Shown: positions 21,532 through 29,339 of the stretch, piece after piece | Position numbering within the stretch: the stretch's first letter is position 1 | Layout: every line of letters starts with the position of its first letter | Assembly (NCBI GenBank): GCA_041663145.1 | Contig: JBAZRG010000001.1 | Span: 254,984-318,983 of the forward strand | DNA: 64,000 nucleotides | Source: Minisyncoccota bacterium | Lineage (GTDB): Bacteria; Patescibacteriota; Minisyncoccia; Phycocordibacterales; PALSA-1337 | Direction of reading: 5' to 3' | Position numbers and translations under genes: made by a program | The notes under the pieces: model-generated | The model's database searches: none | What the model saw: the letters and a program-made list of their open reading frames with translations, nothing else | Told to the model about the DNA's origin: nothing

Positions 21532-21600
21532 GAGGTTAGTTCCTTCTTCGCTCTTCGCAAAGCTCGGAGCTACGAAGGACAAGCACCTCAAACTAACCTC
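21532..21600. repeat. Compound REP-like palindrome at the 3' end of the GIY-YIG gene
   Basis: tccttc-ttc-gctc...gagc-tac-gaagga-caag, enclosed by gaggttagtt/aactaacctc. Confidence 0.75.
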
Positions 21601-21827
21601 TTTCTGCTAAAAGCAAAGCCAGATCCTTTCTTCAAGTATTTTTCAAACTGTAAAGCTTTTGTTTTGTTATTAAAACAGCAGTACCACGATAGTTGCACAG
21701 GTCTTCTATCTTTTGTTGAATCAACTAATCCTTTGTTGTGATAACTTATTCGATTCTTCAGATTATCGGAAGAACCAACATAATAGGAGTTATCATGACA
21801 TTTAAGAATGTAAACGAAATGTGACAT
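21588..21827 (-). CDS. Small GIY-YIG nuclease (UPF0213/YhbQ-like)
   Basis: FVYIL...YYVGS..NL..R...HN.G....T...RP..L......KA..FEKYLK.GSG. Confidence 0.9.
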   Translation of the reverse strand: MSHFVYILKCHDNSYYVGSSDNLKNRISYHNKGLVDSTKDRRPVQLSWYCCFNNKTKALQFEKYLKKGSGFAFSRKRLV

Positions 21828-21848
21828 ATTAAAATATTAACAGATCGT

Positions 21849-21876
21849 GTCCTTCTACGCTAAAGCTTCGAAGGAC
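21849..21876. repeat. REP-like palindrome upstream of the GIY-YIG gene
   Basis: gtccttc-tac-gctaaagc-ttc-gaaggac; same core as the pheT unit. Confidence 0.8.
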
Positions 21877-21915
21877 TACTTCGCAATTTTTATAATAATC
21901 TTCGTGATACTCATT

Positions 21916-21967
21916 GTGCCTGCACTTCGAAGCAATTTGTCCTTTTAGACAAATTGCGAAGTAGTGC
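21916..21967 (-). repeat. tRNA 3'-anchored hairpin element (family E)
   Basis: gcactacttcgcaatttgtc-taaaag-gacaaattgcttcgaagtgcaggcac. Confidence 0.8.
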
Positions 21968-22035
21968 GGGTAGCGAGAATCGAACTCGCGTCTCAACCTT
22001 GGGAAGGTCGCATTCTGCCACTAAACCATACCCGC
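21965..22035 (-). tRNA. tRNA-Gly(CCC)
   Basis: gcgggta...tacccgca; anticodon loop ttcccaa. Confidence 0.94.
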
Positions 22036-22439
22036 TAAAAACCAAATTTTTGAATCAGAGAACTCCACCAACCAATATCTGCTCCGATGTTGGATTGCAA
22101 ACTCGACGTTGATGATACGGATGATCCATCCGACTCAGATCGATCCACGATAACTGCCACAGATTCCCCATCTTTTACGGCACGATACCTGGTGCGCAAC
22201 TCTGACTCTATTCCCATTTCAGTCGAGAGATATGAGACTCGATAACTGAGATCAGACCTTCTCTCTTCCAATTTATCTATCTCCTGTCGAGCCAGAGCCA
22301 GTCTTTCTTCACTAATATTATTTTTTGCATTCATACTCCAGGTCGCTTTTGCCAGAATACCAACCAGAACAACCAATACCACAACGAATATTGGTGAGGA
22401 ACGTATCTTGACCCAAACTGAACGTTTGCCGTATTTCAT
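22035..22439 (-). CDS. Septum formation initiator (FtsB/DivIC-like)
   Basis: TM helix plus coiled coil plus IESELR...K.GE. Confidence 0.65.
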   Translation of the reverse strand: MKYGKRSVWVKIRSSPIFVVVLVVLVGILAKATWSMNAKNNISEERLALARQEIDKLEERRSDLSYRVSYLSTEMGIESELRTRYRAVKDGESVAVIVDRSESDGSSVSSTSSLQSNIGADIGWWSSLIQKFGF

Positions 22440-22463
22440 CTCTCACAGTATACTAGATCTGTC

Positions 22464-22571
22464 ATGTTATTTCACGAAAAAACAAAAAAGGTTGCGGGTG
22501 TTGGATTCATAGTAGTCGGTATTTTGGTCATCATAAGCATGGTGCTTATGTATTTTCCAGTCTGGCAGTAG
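22464..22571 (+). CDS. Unannotated 35-aa single-TM peptide
   Basis: MLFHEKTKKVAGVGFIVVGILVIISMVLMYFPVWQ; TATACT lies 9 nt upstream. Confidence 0.5.
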   Translation: MLFHEKTKKVAGVGFIVVGILVIISMVLMYFPVWQ

Positions 22572-22572
22572 A

Positions 22573-24405
22573 TCAACCCTGTCTCATCATTTTGACGAAG
22601 ACATCTTGAGGGATATTGACTGAACCGTGAGCTTTCAAACGCTTACGACCTTCTTTTTGCTTTTCTCGAAGCTTCATTTTACGGGTGATATCACCTCCGG
22701 ACAACGTGGCGGCGGCGTCTTTCTTTTTACCTGAGATAGTTTCTGATGAAATAATTCTACCAAAAGCGCTTGCTTGGATTTTGAATGTAAAGAGTTCTCT
22801 AGGCATGACTTCATACAATTTCTTGACCATTGACTCTGCATCTTCTGGTACTCTCCTCCTCGAAACTACCCTACTAAAAGCCGGCACAACTTCATCAGCT
22901 ACCAAGATATCCATCCTCACCACATCAGCCGGTCGATTTTCGGAGATGTCATACGAGATCGAAGCATAACCAGAAGATATGCTTTTTACTTCATCAAAGA
23001 AATTTCGCATCAGTTCTCGTAGTGGCATGATGAGTGTGACCAATGATCGATTGTCACCAAAGTTTTCCGTAGCCAATACCTCTGCTTCATGTTCATAGAG
23101 TGACTTCATGAGACCACTCAAATATTTTGGTGGGGTGATGATCTTCATAGTGACCAATGGTTCGAATACTGCTTTTATCTCATGATCATCTGGAAATAGA
23201 GCCGGTGAATATATGGTAACTCGACGATCATCTTTCATTACGACTTCATAAGTGATCGATGGTTGAGTAACTACCAGGTTGAGGCTGAATTCCCTTCGCA
23301 GACGTTCGGTGACAATCTCCATATGAAGCATACCTAGAAAACCACATCGATAGCCTTTACCGAGTGTGCCAGACGCTTCTTCTTCATATGTAAAAGACGA
23401 ATCAGAAAGTCGCAAACGTCCCAGAGCTTGTCTCAATAGAGCTAGATCATCCTGACTTTCGGGATAGAGTGAAGCCCAAACCACCGGTCGTGGTGTCTGA
23501 TAACCAGAAAGTGGTGGCAAAGGATCACGAAGAGATGAAACTGTATCTCCAACCGAGGCGATACCAGGTTCCTTGATGCCAGTTACGATATAGCCGATCT
23601 CACCTTCGTCTAGAGAATCAGTTTCTGTATTATCAGGTTTGAATATTCCAACTTCTATAGATTCAAATTCTTTTTCGGCTACTTTGAAAATCAGTTTATC
23701 ATGTCTTTTGACACTACCATTCATAACACGGATATAAACTATAACTCCAGTATGATTGGAATATGAAAAATCAAAAATTATTGAACGGAAAAATGGCGAA
23801 TCGGCTTTCTCCGGATTTGTATCCGGCGAAGGCACTCTGTTTACTATTTCATCGAGCAAATGACCGACACCCTCCCCTGTTTTACCGGAAACTTTGAGGA
23901 CTTCTTCGACCGAACAATTCAATAACTGACAGACTTCGGTTACGACCTCATCTGTTCTAGCCAATGGAGAGTCTATCTTTGAGACAACCGGTATGATCTT
24001 TAGTCCGGCATCACGAGCCATATTGAGCGTAGTCAAAGTTTGAGCTTGGACGCCCTGAGTAGCATCTACGAGAAGAATAGAACCCTCAACAGCCTTGAGT
24101 GCCCTCGAGACCTCATATGAGAAGTCTATATGTCCGGGTGTATCGATCAAGTTCAGTTCAAATTCGGCACTTTCTGACATGGCTCCATCTGGACCTCTAT
24201 ATTTGGTATTCCATTTCATCCTTACAGGTTGCATCTTGATCGTGATTCCCCGTTCACGCTCGAGTTCCATGGAATCTAGGACCTGTTCCTGCATTTTTCG
24301 CTTTTCTATTGTTCCGGTTATCTCAAGCATCCTATCGGCAAGCGTGGACTTGCCGTGATCGATATGAGCGATAATGGAGAAATTACGTATGAAAGCGGGT
24401 TTCAT
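22573..24405 (-). CDS. lepA: Elongation factor 4
   Basis: IRNFSIIAHIDHGKSTLADR, DTPGH, GFLGMLH, GGDITRK. Confidence 0.97.
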   Translation of the reverse strand: MKPAFIRNFSIIAHIDHGKSTLADRMLEITGTIEKRKMQEQVLDSMELERERGITIKMQPVRMKWNTKYRGPDGAMSESAEFELNLIDTPGHIDFSYEVSRALKAVEGSILLVDATQGVQAQTLTTLNMARDAGLKIIPVVSKIDSPLARTDEVVTEVCQLLNCSVEEVLKVSGKTGEGVGHLLDEIVNRVPSPDTNPEKADSPFFRSIIFDFSYSNHTGVIVYIRVMNGSVKRHDKLIFKVAEKEFESIEVGIFKPDNTETDSLDEGEIGYIVTGIKEPGIASVGDTVSSLRDPLPPLSGYQTPRPVVWASLYPESQDDLALLRQALGRLRLSDSSFTYEEEASGTLGKGYRCGFLGMLHMEIVTERLRREFSLNLVVTQPSITYEVVMKDDRRVTIYSPALFPDDHEIKAVFEPLVTMKIITPPKYLSGLMKSLYEHEAEVLATENFGDNRSLVTLIMPLRELMRNFFDEVKSISSGYASISYDISENRPADVVRMDILVADEVVPAFSRVVSRRRVPEDAESMVKKLYEVMPRELFTFKIQASAFGRIISSETISGKKKDAAATLSGGDITRKMKLREKQKEGRKRLKAHGSVNIPQDVFVKMMRQG

Positions 24406-24457
24406 TGCTCAATGAATATAGCAGATTATTGTTATTTGTTATAGTCGTAGGCTCCTT

Positions 24458-27400
24458 TTATTCACTTTTCAGCACAAACCCCCTCGTCCCCTCTCCAAAG
24501 AGTCCTGTCCCATACTTTAGTCCCAATGGAGTAAGTATGTAAGGAGCATTAGCTTCTTGGAACTTAATGAGTGCTTTTTTAGTAAGAGCACCAAAAAATG
24601 TAGTTTCATTACCTAGGGAACCAGGACCAGTCAGAGATACAGTAAATCCATGAGTATTTAGGTATTGTTGCAGTGCTTTGACATCATCTCCTGTCATACC
24701 TAGTCTTAGTGTTCTTTTGAATGGGTATGTGGTTGTCGCTGTTGTGGTAGAAGATGATATTATTTTGAGGTTATACTGTTTAGCCACCTTTTTAGCTTCA
24801 TCTTTTTTGCCCATAGACAGAAGATTGGAGACTCTGTTCATTGGAGTACTTCCACTACTCGAAGAAATCGGTGATACTGGAGCTGAAGTGTGTTCTACCG
24901 TGAATGTATGGGTTGAATAGCCTCCAGTATATGTGAATGTAATGTGTCCTGTACTATCAGCCCTGCATACACCGTTTGTGCAGGTAGTTCCTGTGATACT
25001 ACTAGATACTAAACTATCTACCTTTACTAGGTAATATTCATTGGAAGTAAGATCACCTATTGTATATACAGTAGTAGTTGCATTTGTGGATGAGACTGTC
25101 CATGATTTGAGACTGTCTGTCCAGGTGATATTTGATATGTTGAGCCACTCTGGACGTGTGGTGGAGGCAGAGTAAGTCCATGTCTCTCCCGGTGCAATAT
25201 TGAGGTCTACTGTCATACTGGATGATGTGGCTGTTGTGTATCTATACTTCCTGTCTCCGTATATGCGTATGTTGCCTGTGGAGTCTAGTTTGTGGGTTCC
25301 TAGGGTAAATGGAGGCTGGTATTCCACTGCTCCGATGTCGGGGGTGCCGTAGATGGGGTTGTCGAGGAAGTCGCCAATTAAAGATATACTGGTGCCAGAA
25401 TCAATTGCTGTGGAAGTCGATACAATCGAGAAATCACTGCTAACCAACCCAGGGAAATATACATCTTCATCTTTACCATTAGTTTCTAAATTACTATCAT
25501 ACAAATTAAAATCAAAAACCCCCGCACCTGTTGTACTGATAGTAGTTGTACTTATTACATTATTTTTCACATTTGAACCTGAAGCAGCATTTATGCTAGT
25601 CGTATTACCATATAGAGTATTATTGTAAGCATTCGCATTAGATGATAATACTAGACCCGAAGCTGAATAATTTATTACATTATTCAATGTGTCTACAGCG
25701 CCTGTAACTGTTATGCCAGTCCAATCTCCTTTAGCTGGTAATCCTGAAATCGGATAAGCTAATATCCCATTACCAATACTCCAATCTTTTATACTAGTGA
25801 AAAATGTTTTAATTGGAGCAACTCCGCTGAAAGTCAACCCTTTATTGGGAATAAATTTTATATAATTTTGAGTGCTAATAAATGGTAATAGTGCGACTGA
25901 ATCATTTATCGTATCTGTCTTTGCTATAATCAAAGTCTTGCCAACCCAATCTATATCTGCAGGAGTTTCGTAAGTATATGTAATTGTTGAGGTACCTGAT
26001 ACTGTGTCCCCAGGATTCCAAAATTTGTTTTGATAAGTATTTTTGAGTAAGTATAATTTATTAGATCCATTAGATTGATACCCTTCTGCTGTATCCGTAA
26101 AATCAAGGCTTACTTTTAAATTAATATTTCCTCCGAAATAATCTAAATGTGAACTTGTATCAGTTGGAGTGCCGATAACCGCTCCAGGTAACGATCCATC
26201 ACTCGGCTGTAATATTTTTGTATTACTATCGATGCCGTAATATCTAAATTCTGTACTTGTCGGTGCAGAATTTATCTCTGGTGAAAGCGCTCCAATATAA
26301 AAACTTGTAGAAGTAGCCCCTTGGTTCTTGAAAGACAGTTGATAACCACGTTTAAAGAATGAGTCAGTCCATTGAAATGTTCTAGTGATGTCTGCAAAAT
26401 CATCAGTAGGTGAAGCGGTTCCATATAGATTATTGCTTTCAGCTATTGTGATTTGGTTTCCATGAACTACATCTCCAACATTTAAATTACCATCCATAGT
26501 GTAAGAAGTGCCATCAATATCAATACTTGTTATCGATCCTCCGTTTTCATGATTAGGATGAGCTGGACCGGGTACAAAGCCATTAAAGCTTCCACTATCT
26601 CCTTTTGGTCTCATTGTTGCAGCAATTGTAACCGACGTTCCTTGGTTTTCAATTTGATTAGTATCAGTGGTACCCCAATTTAAATCACCTGGATTAATAT
26701 CCTGATAGTTCGCATATCTGATTCCAGCAATATAAGCTCTGTCATAACCTGATGAGTTATATCCGACAACCTCAATTTTTACAACATCGCCTCTTCTAAC
26801 ATTTTGACCTATAGCTATAGAAAACACTGCTGTGCTTGTACCAACATTATTTGCTTTTCCAAAAACGAGAGGTGATGTATTCATATAGAATTGTCCACTG
26901 GCATCAAGATTTCCAACATTCGATTGAATCGAATCGTTAATTTTTACTCTGATCGTACCGTTTACTGCGCCAGAATACCAATAACCTAATAGCAATATGT
27001 CTGCATCTTGTGTTAGAGTTGTCGTACCATAAGCTGAGTATGCAGTATAGGTGGCAGTTGGGTCATACATTTTTACAGTGTAACCTTCTTTAGAATCGTT
27101 TGACCAAACTCCATCATTTCCATTCGTCCATACCCATTGTTCCCTCGCTTGAAAATTACTAGTCGACGCAATGTTTAATACTGCATTAGCGTTATTATCC
27201 CACGACCCACCTCCACCAACATATTGAAATAGTTTTGTCCTCGCCCATTTCATATTAGTCTGTCCCGCTTGGCTTGGAGCTCCTTGGACTGGCTGATATA
27301 CATAAAGAATACCAGTTGTTCCACCATCTGTTTTTGCTTTGTTGTATTCCAAATAAACAGCCGCACTAGTAACATTAACAAAAAACAACGATGTTATTAT

Positions 27401-27520
27401 AGAAATAGAAGAAAACAAAACGACGATTCGCAAAATAAAGACCCAACTTTTTGTTTGTTTTATATTTAAATCTTCAATTAACTCTCTCTCTCTCGATTCC
27501 TTTAACATAATTTGTAACAT
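24458..27520 (-). CDS. Large secreted/surface protein with C-terminal peptidoglycan-binding domain
   Basis: N-terminal TM/signal; T/S/G/N-rich beta-type body; PDIGAVEY; LRLGMTGDDVKALQQYLN...FG.LTKKAL..FQ. Confidence 0.75.
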   Translation of the reverse strand: MLQIMLKESRERELIEDLNIKQTKSWVFILRIVVLFSSISIITSLFFVNVTSAAVYLEYNKAKTDGGTTGILYVYQPVQGAPSQAGQTNMKWARTKLFQYVGGGGSWDNNANAVLNIASTSNFQAREQWVWTNGNDGVWSNDSKEGYTVKMYDPTATYTAYSAYGTTTLTQDADILLLGYWYSGAVNGTIRVKINDSIQSNVGNLDASGQFYMNTSPLVFGKANNVGTSTAVFSIAIGQNVRRGDVVKIEVVGYNSSGYDRAYIAGIRYANYQDINPGDLNWGTTDTNQIENQGTSVTIAATMRPKGDSGSFNGFVPGPAHPNHENGGSITSIDIDGTSYTMDGNLNVGDVVHGNQITIAESNNLYGTASPTDDFADITRTFQWTDSFFKRGYQLSFKNQGATSTSFYIGALSPEINSAPTSTEFRYYGIDSNTKILQPSDGSLPGAVIGTPTDTSSHLDYFGGNINLKVSLDFTDTAEGYQSNGSNKLYLLKNTYQNKFWNPGDTVSGTSTITYTYETPADIDWVGKTLIIAKTDTINDSVALLPFISTQNYIKFIPNKGLTFSGVAPIKTFFTSIKDWSIGNGILAYPISGLPAKGDWTGITVTGAVDTLNNVINYSASGLVLSSNANAYNNTLYGNTTSINAASGSNVKNNVISTTTISTTGAGVFDFNLYDSNLETNGKDEDVYFPGLVSSDFSIVSTSTAIDSGTSISLIGDFLDNPIYGTPDIGAVEYQPPFTLGTHKLDSTGNIRIYGDRKYRYTTATSSSMTVDLNIAPGETWTYSASTTRPEWLNISNITWTDSLKSWTVSSTNATTTVYTIGDLTSNEYYLVKVDSLVSSSITGTTCTNGVCRADSTGHITFTYTGGYSTHTFTVEHTSAPVSPISSSSGSTPMNRVSNLLSMGKKDEAKKVAKQYNLKIISSSTTTATTTYPFKRTLRLGMTGDDVKALQQYLNTHGFTVSLTGPGSLGNETTFFGALTKKALIKFQEANAPYILTPLGLKYGTGLFGEGTRGFVLKSE

Positions 27521-27653
27521 AAAAAGTATTTAGGATTGTATAAAATATTTCAGATCAACCACTTCGGTATTATACTCCATTTATCTCAATTTTTACATGT
27601 ATACAAAGTTGATAAACACCCACATCAGTCCAGCATAATGCGTATTATTTTCC

Positions 27654-29333
27654 TCAAATGTGTTCCACCTCCGCCGGAGGTACCTGCACCTTCCAGATTT
27701 TTCTGTGGAGTGTGTCGCTGACCGCTTCGAGCTCTTTATTCTTCAATATTTTCAATATGCAGATGAGAACAACTAGACCGATGAATCCGGCAGATAGGCC
27801 TTGCAGGAATATTCCCCAGACTTTGGTGAGTGGAAAGACTGCGGCGAACAATCGGAGTGATAGATATGTGACGTAGCCCATGATGACCGAGGCGGCGAAG
27901 GAGTGATACAGAGTCTCCAGGACTGGTCGGGAGAAACCTGGGAACGATCGTTCGTATATGACCCAATGCATGATCGTGTTTATTATCACCCCAAAAGCAA
28001 AAGCCAAAGGTAATACTAGAACCGCAGTGCCGGTCTGACCTTGAACTTTGAGTAGATATTCGATGAAGTATTGGAATACTGGATATGTAGCGAAGACTTT
28101 TACCAATACAAATCCAGAGACAATGATGATGAGTGCAGATATTGCATTTATGATAAGCGGTACAGTTGTCTTGCCATTGGCATAAAATGATCTGATGAAT
28201 AGTAAGACCAGACTTTGCCCGACAACTGACACTACAAATATAGCCAGGGCCGCGGCAGTGAGTCGTGTATCTGACCAGTCAAATGCTCCAGCTCCCAATA
28301 TTGTTCGAACAATCTGAGCTCGCAAAACAACAAACATGACCGTGATCGGTACCGACCAAAAGATGATATGCTGAGCCGAAGTTATCATTTTCTTTTTGAA
28401 TTCTGCCGTATTTCCCTTGAATAAGAGATGCGACAATGTCGGAAAGACTGCCGATGAATAACTGGCACCTATGAGTGACAGCGGGACTGACTGAATATTG
28501 AAGGCGAAATTGAAGACAGAAATGGAACCGGCAGACATGAGAGAAGCCAGTGAGATCAGAACAAAAGAAGCCAACTGATTTGCCGATAGTGTAAGAGTTC
28601 TCGGAATAGTCGAAAACACAACATGTTGCATATCTGACCAATTTATCCGCCATGTGAAGCGTGGCATAACACCTTCATAGATGATGAATGGCACCTGTAT
28701 TGCCACATGGAGAAATGCTCCCAAAGCGACTCCGATAGCCAGTCCAGATATGCCGAAGGCTGGGTATCCGAAAATAACACCGACGATGATACCGGCATTG
28801 TATACGACCGGACTCATGGCATAGACCAAGAATCTGTGACGCATCTGAGTCAGACTGGAGAAGAGATTTGAAAGCCCTAGAAAGAACGGCGAAAACAACA
28901 TGATTCGAAGAGACAAGATAAGATCGGGCAAAGCCGGATCATTGGCAAAACCTGGAATGATCTTCGGCACTAACCATGGAGCTAAGAAGAATATGATGAC
29001 AGAAGCTAGAATAATAACCACAAAAAACACAGTAAATATACTATCTGCAAATTTTCGTCCGTGATTATTACCCTTTTCAAATCTTTCTATGAAATAAGGT
29101 AGGAGTACCGAAGCAGAAACTAGAGAACCTATCGATACGAACAATAGATCTGGGATTCGAAAAGATGCATAGTAGACATCGAGTGCCCTGTCTGCACCAA
29201 ACGAATATGCTAATAATTTGTCTCGTACAAGAGCCAATATTTGAGACAATAGTGCAAACACTGCCAAAAGATACGCAGCCTCATGTAGGCCGCGTATCTC
29301 TTGTCCAAAAAATGAAAACCAGCGTTTGACCAT
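27654..29333 (-). CDS. murJ: Lipid II flippase MurJ
   Basis: LVRD..A..FGA...DVYYASFRIPD; multi-TM MviN pattern. Confidence 0.9.
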   Translation of the reverse strand: MVKRWFSFFGQEIRGLHEAAYLLAVFALLSQILALVRDKLLAYSFGADRALDVYYASFRIPDLLFVSIGSLVSASVLLPYFIERFEKGNNHGRKFADSIFTVFFVVIILASVIIFFLAPWLVPKIIPGFANDPALPDLILSLRIMLFSPFFLGLSNLFSSLTQMRHRFLVYAMSPVVYNAGIIVGVIFGYPAFGISGLAIGVALGAFLHVAIQVPFIIYEGVMPRFTWRINWSDMQHVVFSTIPRTLTLSANQLASFVLISLASLMSAGSISVFNFAFNIQSVPLSLIGASYSSAVFPTLSHLLFKGNTAEFKKKMITSAQHIIFWSVPITVMFVVLRAQIVRTILGAGAFDWSDTRLTAAALAIFVVSVVGQSLVLLFIRSFYANGKTTVPLIINAISALIIIVSGFVLVKVFATYPVFQYFIEYLLKVQGQTGTAVLVLPLAFAFGVIINTIMHWVIYERSFPGFSRPVLETLYHSFAASVIMGYVTYLSLRLFAAVFPLTKVWGIFLQGLSAGFIGLVVLICILKILKNKELEAVSDTLHRKIWKVQVPPAEVEHI

Positions 29334-29339
29334 TAGAGA

